DNA of 64,000 nucleotides from Bdellovibrionales bacterium. GTDB taxonomy: Bacteria; Bdellovibrionota; Bdellovibrionia; Bdellovibrionales; UBA1609. Below are positions 1-10,231 of the stretch, one piece after another. Where the stretch lies: assembly GCA_965199825.1 (NCBI GenBank), contig OZ241329.1, positions 1,376,001 through 1,440,000 of the forward strand, written 5' to 3'. Position 1 is the stretch's first letter; the number at the start of each line of letters is the position of its first letter. Made by a program: the position numbers and the translations under genes. Below the pieces are notes generated by a model. The model had not been told where the DNA came from. It made no database searches and saw nothing but the letters and a program-made list of their open reading frames with translations.

Positions 1-15
1 AAAGATTTTGAAGTT

Positions 16-558
16 GTGAATCAACCCTTTTTTTACCCAAAAGAGCAGGTCTTATCGTCGGCTGCGCGGGTGCGGTATGGAGTTGAGGCCGCCTTGCGTA
101 TTTCAAATGGTCCAATATCTTATCGCCTCAGTTTGCCCGAGGCGAGATGGAGTAACCAAACCGGGCGCCATGATTTAGAAATCATCGTGGCCGCACTCCA
201 TGGGGTTCCTTTGGCTATCGCGGGTGTGACATTTTATATTGCCAGTCGATTTGATTCTGATGCTGCTGTCAGTGGTGTTTTGTTTGTGGGGGTCGTTGCG
301 GGTTTAATTACGGTGCACCAGCTCTCAAATCCAAAATTGATGAATCAGTGGATGGATGCGGCAAGCTTTGCGCTCTGGAAAAATAAGTTCATCAAAGATT
401 TTATCGCAGATGTTGGCGCGAAAGCCCCAAAGACAGTGATTCCGAGATCCGCGTCGCAAGCCAGATGGTTTTTTAAATCTTATTTTGATTCTTTATCTTA
501 TCTTTCGATGACAGAATTAGAACTCCAAGATCTGACTTGCCAAACCGCGCTCAAATAA
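16..558 (+). CDS. hypothetical membrane protein (may begin before the window)
   Basis: 180 aa ORF with two hydrophobic segments; ends in CQTALK. Confidence 0.6.
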   Translation: MNQPFFYPKEQVLSSAARVRYGVEAALRISNGPISYRLSLPEARWSNQTGRHDLEIIVAALHGVPLAIAGVTFYIASRFDSDAAVSGVLFVGVVAGLITVHQLSNPKLMNQWMDAASFALWKNKFIKDFIADVGAKAPKTVIPRSASQARWFFKSYFDSLSYLSMTELELQDLTCQTALK

Positions 559-617
559 ATGTTTCAAATGTCGGCTGCCTGATGATCTGATAGGCGCCAC
601 ACCTGTTTAAGGATATT

Positions 618-1481
618 TTGATGAAGGCAAATGACAGCAGTAAAATGGTTTTTACAAAAAAAGATTCTCAAAATCTTTTTGATCAACATGAAACGTTGAT
701 TTCGATGGCTAAAAATTTTTCGAGCTCGCCCATTTCGAATTTTAAAGTGGGAGTTCTTGTCGAGACCGAGGATCAAACTTTAATTTTGGGAACCAATCTG
801 GAATTTCCTGGGCATCATCTCAACTTTTCAATTCATGGTGAGCAATTCGCTGTGATTTTAGCTCGAGAGCTCGGGCACAAAAAAATAAAATGGATCGTGA
901 CGTCGGCCGCACCGTGTGGGCATTGCAGGCAATTTTTAAACGAGATCAATGATCCATCCCTTGTGGTTCAGGTTTTAGGACAAGAACCTTTACATTTAAT
1001 AAAACTCTTTGGACCCAGTGATCTTGGAGTCGAAGGTGGATTGCTAAATCCCCAACATCATCATCTTGGAAAATTAAAAAATATTGAGACCACATGGATC
1101 GGCCAACATCATTCCAATTTTCAAATCAAAGAGAACCTTCGAAACGAAATGCATTCGAAGGCTAAGGCCGCTGCTCAAAGTTGCTATGCCCCCTATAGCA
1201 AAACATTAAGTGGCGTGGCTTTGCTTTTAGAGGATGGCTCGACAGTTTCTGGATCTTATGTTGAGAATGCCGCTTTTAATCCTACGGTTGCGGCCGTACA
1301 TGCCGCTTTGATTGTACAACGTGGTCTGGGCTTGAGTTCTTTCAGTATCGTTGCTGCGGCAATGGCAGAGACTGCAACAGATCAATCCATTTCGCCCTCC
1401 TACCGTGACTTTACCTCACAAGTTTTAAAGACCAATGGCTATGAGGGGAGTCTAGATATTTTGTATTTTGAATCAATTTGA
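618..1481 (+). CDS. cdd: cytidine deaminase, two-domain (E. coli-type)
   Basis: HGEQ and PCGHCRQFLNE zinc motifs; second domain YAPYS...GSYVENAAFNP. Confidence 0.9.
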   Translation: MMKANDSSKMVFTKKDSQNLFDQHETLISMAKNFSSSPISNFKVGVLVETEDQTLILGTNLEFPGHHLNFSIHGEQFAVILARELGHKKIKWIVTSAAPCGHCRQFLNEINDPSLVVQVLGQEPLHLIKLFGPSDLGVEGGLLNPQHHHLGKLKNIETTWIGQHHSNFQIKENLRNEMHSKAKAAAQSCYAPYSKTLSGVALLLEDGSTVSGSYVENAAFNPTVAAVHAALIVQRGLGLSSFSIVAAAMAETATDQSISPSYRDFTSQVLKTNGYEGSLDILYFESI

Positions 1482-1546
1482 CCTGATTTGCGGATAAACC
1501 ATTATCTATTTGTATCCGATCTCCATATCCATCACCATCAGCGAAC

Positions 1547-1765
1547 ATGAAAACATCAAAAATTCGGTCATCCAAATTACCACCGCAGCGTTCATTTTTT
1601 CTCTACGATATTTTAATCCTAACCGCCTCCCTCATTTCACTTTTATTGTCGGTCTATCTCTGGTTTGTCTCGTCAAAAGATCAGGGTGTTTTTGTTGGGC
1701 TATGGGTTCCATCGGTGATTTCAATCGGCATTTATATACGAATCATGCTTAAGGAGAGACTATGA
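1547..1765 (+). CDS. small membrane protein
   Basis: 72 aa, two TM segments, GVFVGLWVPS; stop overlaps next start (ATGA). Confidence 0.7.
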   Translation: MKTSKIRSSKLPPQRSFFLYDILILTASLISLLLSVYLWFVSSKDQGVFVGLWVPSVISIGIYIRIMLKERL

Positions 1766-1932
1766 GCGATACGCAGCTTTTTATGGTGGGATGTGGAATT
1801 GTTTCGATGGTCGTGATGTCTATTTTGAGTGTGCTCTTTCAAGCTCACCGAATGGCAAGCAAGGAGGCAAACGAAATGGAGCAGTTTGAAACTCGACAAG
1901 TCAATCGCTTCGAAACTTCGCTCGAGATCTAG
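1762..1932 (+). CDS. small single-TM protein (not in ORF track)
   Basis: AAGGAGAG RBS; ATGA overlap; translates MSDTQLFMVGCGIVSMVVMSILSVLFQAHRMASKEANEMEQFETRQVNRFETSLEI*. Confidence 0.65.
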   Translation: MSDTQLFMVGCGIVSMVVMSILSVLFQAHRMASKEANEMEQFETRQVNRFETSLEI

Positions 1933-1951
1933 AGTCTCGTTAGCGCAAATA

Positions 1952-2902
1952 TCATTTGGCGCTGAGAATCTCAACTGGTGTAGAAATAACCTTTGAACTT
2001 AAACAAACATTATTGTTGTCGACCAGTCGCCAAAGATGGCCAACGAATGTTTTTTGCTCGTAAGTTTCTGAGGGTCTCAAGATTCGATAAAATTTTGGCA
2101 CTGCTGCATAGTCGATCCACTGAATCGAAACATCGTGCGCAGTGAGGTTACTCACTTGCAATGTTGACCCTTGGGTGCTCGGGACCGAATGCTTTTGCAA
2201 ATCATTACACGTGTTCGGTTCAACTTGAGCGAGCGCGCGCGGTAGATTTTCGAAACGAGTTCGACCTAATTCCTGGGTTGCTGCAAAAGCTAAAAGGTCA
2301 TCATTTATAAATTCAGTTGGTTTATCGATACCCGAAACTTTTTGCACAAGGTTGACCCGATCTTCTTTAAAAATCATTTCGGCAAAAAATTCGCGGGGAT
2401 CTTTTATTATAGAATTCAATTCGCCTAGGCTAAACAATATTGCAAGGACAAGACTGAATCCACTGCAGATCTTTAAAAATCGCGTAGGAACAATCGGCTT
2501 TAAAAAGCTAAATAGAGTCAAAAAAATCATAAGAATACCTAAAGCAAAATACAGCAAAATCATGATCAGCCGAAAATTAGGATTGTAGGCGAGAGCAGAA
2601 ATCAGCGCGCTGAACTGGACGATAAAAAGACAAATTAAGGTCGTGGTCATCAGATACTTAAAATGATAACGGCGCTGGATTAACCATCCAGGAAATGCGA
2701 AAATCGATGCCGTAAATGCAGCACCAAGCCAGGCCCCAAAAAAATAAATTAATTCGTCTTTGATAACTTGGGGGGCATCCATACCAAGAAGCCCAATTTC
2801 AAAACAGATTTCAATCAACGTTGCTGCAAAAAAGTAAGTTATTATTTTTTTAAGACTTAGTTTTTCTAGCCGTCGATGGAAAGCAATCCATTCTTTAATC
2901 AT
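1952..2902 (-). CDS. membrane protein with C-terminal VHL beta-domain-like region
   Basis: about 5 N-terminal TM helices; C-terminal SNLT..VSIQWIDY..PKFY..L.P...QKTFVGHLWRLVD resembles the pVHL beta domain. Confidence 0.7.
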   Translation of the reverse strand: MIKEWIAFHRRLEKLSLKKIITYFFAATLIEICFEIGLLGMDAPQVIKDELIYFFGAWLGAAFTASIFAFPGWLIQRRYHFKYLMTTTLICLFIVQFSALISALAYNPNFRLIMILLYFALGILMIFLTLFSFLKPIVPTRFLKICSGFSLVLAILFSLGELNSIIKDPREFFAEMIFKEDRVNLVQKVSGIDKPTEFINDDLLAFAATQELGRTRFENLPRALAQVEPNTCNDLQKHSVPSTQGSTLQVSNLTAHDVSIQWIDYAAVPKFYRILRPSETYEQKTFVGHLWRLVDNNNVCLSSKVISTPVEILSAK

Positions 2903-4164
2903 GGCTTTAAGTCCTCAGCGATGCTGTCGATAAATGTGGACATCACCTGAGTGGTGGTCGGCATAGTGAGACCATCGTAAGATTGCCCGATCGTTTCGGT
3001 CAGTCCTTTTTTAGGGTGATCAATTCTTAAAATGGTAGAGTAAAGCCCTTTGTATTCAGGGATTGCGACGCTGCAGTAACGAACAACCAAGCGAACCTGA
3101 TTTCGATTTACAATATTTTTCGAATTGCATGTTTCGATAAGTTTTTTATTTTTCTGTTTCAGTAGTTTTTGCTCATATTGTTTTTTTATTTTTTCAAAAT
3201 GCAGTTTGATCGGATTCATCGACTTTTCGGTAGTTTTTGATTGAGTCACAAAGGTCATCATGCTTAAGGCATCGAGATCGGATCCAATCACAGCAAGACT
3301 CACATTTGGACATAAAAAGACTTTTGCAGAATCGGGTTTGTCATCAAGACTCCCTTGTCCACAAGAGGCATTTAACGGGGCCACAAACTGCAAAGAACCA
3401 AAGTGTTGAACAGGGCTCTGATCTATTTTTGATTTTAAAACACCCACTTTTTCTTGGGCTTCTATTTCATCAACCAAAAAAGCGCGCCAGGTGTTTGCAT
3501 CCAATTTTGGAAGTCGCTCCGCATTTTGCGACACGTGATGCACAGCCGACCACGGCGAAAAATAAGAAACACTTTGGGCTGCGGTTAAGATCGCACGATT
3601 CACAGCAATGACTTCGCCTTTAATATTGAGGCAAGGCCCACCACTCATCCCAGGATTGATCGGCACCGTTCCGGTCATCACGGGTGCAAAGCCCATATTG
3701 CGATTGAGATTTAAATTGCCTTGGACGAGTGTAAGACCTTCAGATTTTGGATAACCAAACGAATAAATATTCTCGCCAGGATGTTCTACCAACTCCGCAG
3801 CGACTGTAAGTACATTTTTAAATTTTTGGTCAATCTTGATCAGTGCTAAATCGTTAACCGCGTCAATGTAAACAACCTGACTCTTAATCATTTTATTTTC
3901 AAACTCTAAAACCAGCTCATACTTGAGCGGCTGTTCAACAACCTTTGCCACCACATGAAAATTGGTTAGCAAATAACCACTTTCAAGAATCGAAAATGCG
4001 GTTCCGTGTTCTGATTCCGACTGCACTCCAATTTCTCGGGTGCGCAACGGGAAAACTGTCCCGCTCGCCTTGGCAAATAGCTGCTCTGAGGTCAAAGACA
4101 GCGCCACATTCTGTGCGTAGAGCGCGGGGCTTAAAAGAGTGAAAATCAAAGTTGATAAGAGCAT
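2899..4164 (-). CDS. exported trypsin-like (S1C/HtrA-like) serine protease
   Basis: signal peptide; LTNFHVV, DLAL, INPGMSGGP catalytic triad motifs. Confidence 0.88.
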   Translation of the reverse strand: MLLSTLIFTLLSPALYAQNVALSLTSEQLFAKASGTVFPLRTREIGVQSESEHGTAFSILESGYLLTNFHVVAKVVEQPLKYELVLEFENKMIKSQVVYIDAVNDLALIKIDQKFKNVLTVAAELVEHPGENIYSFGYPKSEGLTLVQGNLNLNRNMGFAPVMTGTVPINPGMSGGPCLNIKGEVIAVNRAILTAAQSVSYFSPWSAVHHVSQNAERLPKLDANTWRAFLVDEIEAQEKVGVLKSKIDQSPVQHFGSLQFVAPLNASCGQGSLDDKPDSAKVFLCPNVSLAVIGSDLDALSMMTFVTQSKTTEKSMNPIKLHFEKIKKQYEQKLLKQKNKKLIETCNSKNIVNRNQVRLVVRYCSVAIPEYKGLYSTILRIDHPKKGLTETIGQSYDGLTMPTTTQVMSTFIDSIAEDLKP

Positions 4165-4342
4165 AGATTAGCTTCGGAATATTCATGCCTCCACTAAATA
4201 AAAACAGCGCACTAAAATGAGACAAAAGATCGAGAACTGTCGAATCGATGAAGTACTTTAAGGGCGAAATCATCTTTCATTAAGAGCGCGCCAAGAAGAG
4301 ATACCGTCGCACTCAGTGCACAGCCTTCTGGTTCCATCAACT

Positions 4343-5242
4343 TTATTCTTCACCTTTGCCTCCACATTTAAAGCTTTGGTTTGAGCAAATAAGCTGATCA
4401 TTAAAATTTCCTTTGTCGAGAGCACGCACAATGTCGATAAATTCGGTGATCAACATCACGTTTTCAAACCCAAAGGTTGTCTCGGCAGAAAGCCCTTTGG
4501 CAAGATCAGAAATAAATTTTAAAATAAGCTCGCGGTTAAAAATATGATTTTCGCTTAAAAATAATTTTAACAAATTTAGAAAGTGGAGTTGATCTCGCGA
4601 CGAAACCCCATGGGGGATCGTCAATCCAAAATCCTCGATGTATCTCTGCTCAGAAATTTCTTTTATTAAAATTCCATCTAGATGATCAATCTCATGCTGA
4701 ACAACAATGGCCATTCGTCCGCTGGTGGTGAGTGTGACTGGCAGTCCCTGGGAGTTGAGGTAGTGTATCTGAATAGTGCGCCACCTCGCCACCGCATACC
4801 GCTCCTTGAGCGAAGCACACCCTTCGCGAGAAAGCACCTGATCCGCATCCGACGGATGATAGGTCGGATTGATCATCAAAATATTTTTGCCAAACACCGG
4901 ATCCTTCGGAAAATTTTTGTCATAACGTTTTGCAAACGCGACCCTCCATGGCACATTCAGCTGTGGAGCAGCCACACCCGCACGACCCGATAATCGTTTT
5001 GCAAAAAATTTTATAAACTGAATAAATTTTGGGCTTAAAAATATATCAGGATTGAGCGCCAGCGCACTCTCTTTAAGAATAGGAGCCGTTTCAGTAAGGA
5101 ATGGTTCGGCAACTCTCTTGATCGCTTGTTCAATTGAAATTCCGCCGAGGACGAAGCGACACGGCTCTTGCGCACCATAAGCGCCAACTTCAATAAAGAT
5201 ATGCAAAAGCAATAATGAAAAAAGAAATTTGTGCCTGAGCAA
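4343..5242 (-). CDS. peptide deformylase-like protein with signal-peptide-like leader
   Basis: GVAAPQ, EGCAS, QHEIDHLDG motifs; hydrophobic N-terminus; ~100 aa C-terminal extension. Confidence 0.8.
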   Translation of the reverse strand: MLRHKFLFSLLLLHIFIEVGAYGAQEPCRFVLGGISIEQAIKRVAEPFLTETAPILKESALALNPDIFLSPKFIQFIKFFAKRLSGRAGVAAPQLNVPWRVAFAKRYDKNFPKDPVFGKNILMINPTYHPSDADQVLSREGCASLKERYAVARWRTIQIHYLNSQGLPVTLTTSGRMAIVVQHEIDHLDGILIKEISEQRYIEDFGLTIPHGVSSRDQLHFLNLLKLFLSENHIFNRELILKFISDLAKGLSAETTFGFENVMLITEFIDIVRALDKGNFNDQLICSNQSFKCGGKGEE

Positions 5243-5354
5243 ATCTTGAATCTCCTCGGTTTCGTAGGGCCTCCTTTATCTGCTTTTAAGGGGGCAGTAT
5301 AGCAACAACAAAAACCGCTTTCTTCTTTTTGAGCGAGACAGTACATCATTCTTT

Positions 5355-6464
5355 ATGGGTATACGATTTTGTTTATTGCTCTGTATTTTAAGCCCCCCCT
5401 GCTTGGCAGAATTTTGTAGCACTCTTTTACAAAAACCTTTGCCCACATGGTGGCAATCGCGGTCCAAACAAAAAGTATTGAATATTCAATCCAAAACATT
5501 TTGGCTTAATACCCAAATGCCTTGGCCCACCTCAATCTCAAGTGACTCGCGCCACAAATCTGGAAAATCAAAGTGGATTGCGCTGTATCGCGATCACACA
5601 GGCTCTGATTTTAATCTGGTCAAAACCGATGTTGGACAAAATGGATTTATTGATGGCAACTCCCATTTTGCGGGGCTTATCGAAAGGTATCCGCGATTTG
5701 CGAGGCAATACGAAATTTATCGTGCGGGAGATTGGCTTTCGCTTTTTCCAAGCACATAGGTTTTAAACCAAGCTCTCCAACAGCAGTCTCAAATCCTGAT
5801 TCGCTTTAAAGATTTTGGGTCTCCATCAACCCAAAATGTCTCATTTCATTATTTTAAAAAACGCTATGAGTTCTCGTCGCAATTGGCTTTTGAGAACCTC
5901 TTAAAAAAACAGGTTTTGTTAGCTGCAGATAGCTCACTGTGGCTTCATGATCGCTATGGTCATTTCGCCGGATATTTATTGATGGGTCAAAAGCGAATCT
6001 TTGAAGCCTACTGGCAAAAACTCAATTTTGTTGAGCAGCTATCAAATTTTTTAGTGTTTGATCTCAAAACAGATTTAGACCTAAAAGATCTCAAATCTGA
6101 ATTGGCAAAAATGTGGGATTACGCAACAGACGATTTTATTTTAGAGTTTGATCCGCAAGATCCAACAAGCATTGATAAAGCCGCGATGGCCATCCTCTTT
6201 CTTACTGGGACTGAGCGAAGCCAAATCGAATCTCGACTCCAATTTATACTCACCCCAAAATCTTTGCCGGTTGAAACATATGCGCCGCTTGCTCAGATGG
6301 CAGTGCAAATTCTTGAGAGCTTAAAGCCAAAATTGAACACAAACGAATTTGCTCAAGCATTTGCAAAATCAGAACAGCTTGTGAGCGAGGGGAGTCATTT
6401 TGAAATATCGATGGCTGAGGCGCGAGCGATGGTAAAAGAATTTATTGCTGGACTTTATAACTAA
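5355..6464 (+). pseudogene. exported hypothetical protein interrupted by one in-frame TAG
   Basis: ORFs 5355-5759 and 5883-6464 share a frame; the only stop between them is TAG at 5757-5759. Confidence 0.7.
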
Positions 6465-7498
6465 TTTTCTAAACTTTGTTCTTCAAAACCCATTTGGCTT
6501 TTTAAGATTTTTTTCATACCCGCGATATAGGGCCGGCTTACAATAACCAAAATAATGTTCTGCTCTCGATGCCGCTCAAATGCAGCTGTGATATTTTTAA
6601 CCATGGTCTGATTGCGACCGCGATACAGATAAGACTGAAATAACAAACTCGTGTTACGTAATCTGTTGCTAATTGTTCTAAAAACAAGCTGTGTTCCCGC
6701 CAAAGCCAAAATAGGAGTAGTCACACCTCCTGTAGCGGCGCTAATGGCATTTCCTGGAAAAGGCAAATCGAGAGCCGCCGCGCCAAGCGCTCCTACACCT
6801 AACAAGAAACTTGTTGGCAACAAAACCGACTGAAGATTTTGAGCCAATCCTGGGCGATGATCTGCCTGAAGATGAACGTTGATGATTGGATGAGTTTTAA
6901 GCTTTGCGCTGAATTCAGGGTAAGACACTTGATATCCATCAATTGTGACAACGATCGATTCCAAATCTTGTTGTGAGAGTTCCTCTTCACTTATGTAATT
7001 GTCGATTCGGGCTAACATTTTTTGCAAGACCGCCGTCTCTTCGGGATCATCATCTGTGTCGTCTTGATCTTGTTCTTCTAATGAAGTGGTCAAAACAAAT
7101 GGGTAGATAAGGTCTAGAGACCGAGCAAGAATTTTGCTGCCCCAAGTTCTGTCGGTGCGCACTCCCTCAAAACCGCGAAAATGAAATTCACTGGTTATCG
7201 CTTGCTTCGAGTCTTTAAGGTTCGTCTTACCTAAAAATACAATCGTTCGCTCTTTATCAGCAATACGGCCCGTTAAGATTTCAACTTGATAATCATTTTT
7301 GGCCTGGAGGAGTAAATCTCGTTGAGAATCTTGAAGATGAATTTTTAGCAGATTTTCACAGGAAGTGCCGGCGTGAGATGGAGTCAAAAACAAAAGGCCC
7401 AATGCCCAGGTGAGATTTTTAATAATGGGCTTCATTTTTTTCATATGCGGCATAATATGCAAAAAAGGGTGCAAGCTTAAGTATAAAATATTGAGCAC
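6461..7498 (-). CDS. exported TraB/Tiki-like protein (degenerate)
   Basis: signal peptide; IVFLG near N-terminus; RNQTMVKNI...IILVIVS....GMKKIL C-terminal pattern. Confidence 0.5.
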   Translation of the reverse strand: MLNILYLSLHPFLHIMPHMKKMKPIIKNLTWALGLLFLTPSHAGTSCENLLKIHLQDSQRDLLLQAKNDYQVEILTGRIADKERTIVFLGKTNLKDSKQAITSEFHFRGFEGVRTDRTWGSKILARSLDLIYPFVLTTSLEEQDQDDTDDDPEETAVLQKMLARIDNYISEEELSQQDLESIVVTIDGYQVSYPEFSAKLKTHPIINVHLQADHRPGLAQNLQSVLLPTSFLLGVGALGAAALDLPFPGNAISAATGGVTTPILALAGTQLVFRTISNRLRNTSLLFQSYLYRGRNQTMVKNITAAFERHREQNIILVIVSRPYIAGMKKILKSQMGFEEQSLEN

Positions 7499-7606
7499 GC
7501 CATTTTTTTACACCTCAGCCATTCCGGTGTGCCACAAAGTACAAACCCATTATTTTAGGATAAATAAAAATTGTAGGGTCAAAGGATTAAGTGTTAGTCA
7601 AAAACA

Positions 7607-8428
7607 ATGACCAATCTTAAAAATTTTCTGATCACTTTTATCGCTTTAACTTCCCAAGCCTTCGCGACCACAAACACCGAATGCAATAGAGTTTTGGCTG
7701 GCCCAGTTGAACCATTTTTAAGTCATGAAACCCTGATGACCTATGGGTCAGGTGAGGTCAGATATCTTGATGGTTGTGCGATTTCGACAAATCATCACCT
7801 GCTCAAAAATTATTGCAATACGAATATCACTGGCCTCATCCGGAATATGGAACGCGACCGCTCAGCTCCAATTCCTTACCCTAAAGACAGCCACTCGCGA
7901 TTCTCGCTCTCTGCAAGATCTGAAATTACCGAGGATTTTGTGGTTCAGATTGATGAGCATTGGGGCAAGGAGCAGGGCGGATCAGAAATGACATTTCATC
8001 ATTTATTGCCTGTCAGATTTGTTCGAGGATCGTGGAAAGATTATTTGGCGGGTCGTTATGTTGAACTCGAAGTGACCGAGGAAGGGGCATTGAAAGCGAG
8101 CCGAAATCTTCAAGACATTTCTGATCTGGATCAGCTCTTAAAGCAACTTGCCGTAAAAAAAAGTTCGATAGTTAAAATAAAACAAAATCTGTTTGCCGGA
8201 TTCAATTTACCAGATGAAGAGGAAGATCAATTTTTAGATGTGATTCGCGCCTTTACTCAATTTGCCGAAAGCCGATACGAATTCTTTTTGGCAACTCCTG
8301 CGGTGTACATTCAACTAAAAGGAACGATGAGTGACATGACGATTCATTATCTGAACGATGTTACGATTCACGCTCTTGAGATTGTAGATCAAAATAGCGG
8401 TTTAAACACGGAGCGGTCGACTCAATAG
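7607..8428 (+). CDS. exported hypothetical protein
   Basis: signal peptide ending SQAFA; CNRVL; paralogous remnant at 41441-41643. Confidence 0.75.
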   Translation: MTNLKNFLITFIALTSQAFATTNTECNRVLAGPVEPFLSHETLMTYGSGEVRYLDGCAISTNHHLLKNYCNTNITGLIRNMERDRSAPIPYPKDSHSRFSLSARSEITEDFVVQIDEHWGKEQGGSEMTFHHLLPVRFVRGSWKDYLAGRYVELEVTEEGALKASRNLQDISDLDQLLKQLAVKKSSIVKIKQNLFAGFNLPDEEEDQFLDVIRAFTQFAESRYEFFLATPAVYIQLKGTMSDMTIHYLNDVTIHALEIVDQNSGLNTERSTQ

Positions 8429-8505
8429 GAATCAGGGTTGATATGCGTAGGCTTTGGCAAGTTCACGGTGCCGCTTGATCATAAAGTTGATGAGTCTTCA
8501 TTTGA

Positions 8506-9129
8506 TTATTGAGCTTTTGTGACCTTGAGGTCATCTGCACAAGCTTCCAGCTCTTTTAGAATTTCGGTCATTTTGATTTGCTCTGGCGATGGATGTTGCG
8601 CAAGCGCTGCAACGGCTTCGGCCAAAGATAATTTTTGAAATTTGTCGAGTTTGAGGATCACAACCGCATTTTTTGCAGACAAGCCCCAGTCCGTTAAAAG
8701 ATCAAGGTTCAGATTTCGAAACGCATCATATTGATTGGCAGGGACATCGATTAACGACTCATCCATGCCAACAAAACGAGCAACCTGACGGTAATTACCT
8801 GCTTGGTGCCAATCATACATGCGCAAATTGCCAGGTGAAGCGAGTTTATAAATATCGAGTGTGCTGTGGGAGCCCTCAGTATTCGATAAAATAATTTTTA
8901 AAGGCTGACGAATAAACGCATTAAGCGCCGATTTTTTTGATTTATAAGCAATTTTTGAGGAGAGTGTGGGCCTGGGATCATTTGGTATAAACGAGTCGAC
9001 CACATAGAGCAGTTGATGATCGGTAAACTCCTCAACAATTGTTGTTGGGTCCACCAATGGAACATCAAAGTTTTGAGCACAAGCGCCACTAAAATGAAAA
9101 ATACAAAACGAGAGCAAAATGAATTTCAT
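8506..9129 (-). CDS. exported hypothetical protein
   Basis: signal peptide; 207 aa. Confidence 0.7.
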   Translation of the reverse strand: MKFILLSFCIFHFSGACAQNFDVPLVDPTTIVEEFTDHQLLYVVDSFIPNDPRPTLSSKIAYKSKKSALNAFIRQPLKIILSNTEGSHSTLDIYKLASPGNLRMYDWHQAGNYRQVARFVGMDESLIDVPANQYDAFRNLNLDLLTDWGLSAKNAVVILKLDKFQKLSLAEAVAALAQHPSPEQIKMTEILKELEACADDLKVTKAQ

Positions 9130-9243
9130 AACAGCGGTTCTAGACCATCTTAGGTCGATCGACGCACTGGAAAGTTTATATTTTAGTTATTTAGTTACGA
9201 CCGTTTGAAGATGGCCGTTTAATCCAGTCTTAGAGATCTGATA

Positions 9244-10161
9244 TCAAAGCCTGAATTCGCTAAGCAGAGCTTTTAGCCTACGGCAATCGATTCCGTAGGA
9301 GCGACTACTCAAAACATTTTCGCTCTCAACACCTTGATAGGCATAATGATTTGCAGGCGTCGATCCGCTCAATAAAGAAATACTGACCACTCTGCCTTTA
9401 GAATTGAAGATGGGCCCGCCAGAATCTCCGGGTAAAGAATCGTGAGTCCCTGATAAATACCAATCGTGTTTACCTTCACCAACAACATTAAACACGCCGC
9501 CGTACACACCCTGACTCCAGCGTTTTGTGATGATAGCAGATTCTGATTCGTCTGCGATACTTGTCCTCAGCTTTAGCAACGGAAAACCAACCGTAAACAA
9601 GGGCTCGCCCACCGCCATATCGCAAGTTTTTGCCAATTCAACAGGTGAAGGAATATGGAAGTCCGATTCATTTTTGAGAGTGATAGAAAAAACTGCCGCA
9701 TCCCAATTTTTATTGCGATAAATGATGTTCATATTTTTATGGGATATCCCTCGTGTACGAAGGTTGTAATGATAAAATAGCAGATCAAATATTTTTACAA
9801 CCATGTCTGGCAGAGAATCAAAATCAATCGTCGAAGAGAGATCAAAATTAGAATAAACTGTTTGTGATTCGCAAACTGTATGCGCCGCGCAGGCCTTGTC
9901 CAGAATGTGATTTGCCGTAAGAAATTTGAGGGTTGTGTCTGTTGAGTTCCAACTTTTGCCAATCAGAAAAGCGGATCCAATATCAAAATTGTTTTGGCCA
10001 TCTTGTTGGTAGGGTCTTACAACCCCAAATGTCTGCCGCCAGACTTTTTGCACCGCAAGTGGAGCATCATTTGACGATGCTGAAAAACCTTCCCTTGCGG
10101 CGGCCTTTGGCAAAGCCAAAAAGCCAATCAGGAGCGTCGCGGTAGCCAAAACCTTTAACAT
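9244..10161 (-). CDS. exported trypsin-like serine protease
   Basis: signal peptide; LTANH, DAAV, PGDSGGP. Confidence 0.85.
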   Translation of the reverse strand: MLKVLATATLLIGFLALPKAAAREGFSASSNDAPLAVQKVWRQTFGVVRPYQQDGQNNFDIGSAFLIGKSWNSTDTTLKFLTANHILDKACAAHTVCESQTVYSNFDLSSTIDFDSLPDMVVKIFDLLFYHYNLRTRGISHKNMNIIYRNKNWDAAVFSITLKNESDFHIPSPVELAKTCDMAVGEPLFTVGFPLLKLRTSIADESESAIITKRWSQGVYGGVFNVVGEGKHDWYLSGTHDSLPGDSGGPIFNSKGRVVSISLLSGSTPANHYAYQGVESENVLSSRSYGIDCRRLKALLSEFRL

Positions 10162-10231
10162 TTAAAACCTCGATAAGGTTTTAGCAAATCGAGGGCCGAT
10201 CGGGCTGAAATCTTACTTAAGCTGTTTTGTT

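Noticed and set aside
5757..5759. Stop-codon reassignment
   Set aside because: TAG and TGA terminate clearly complete genes elsewhere, e.g. LLM 35029 and cdd 1481.
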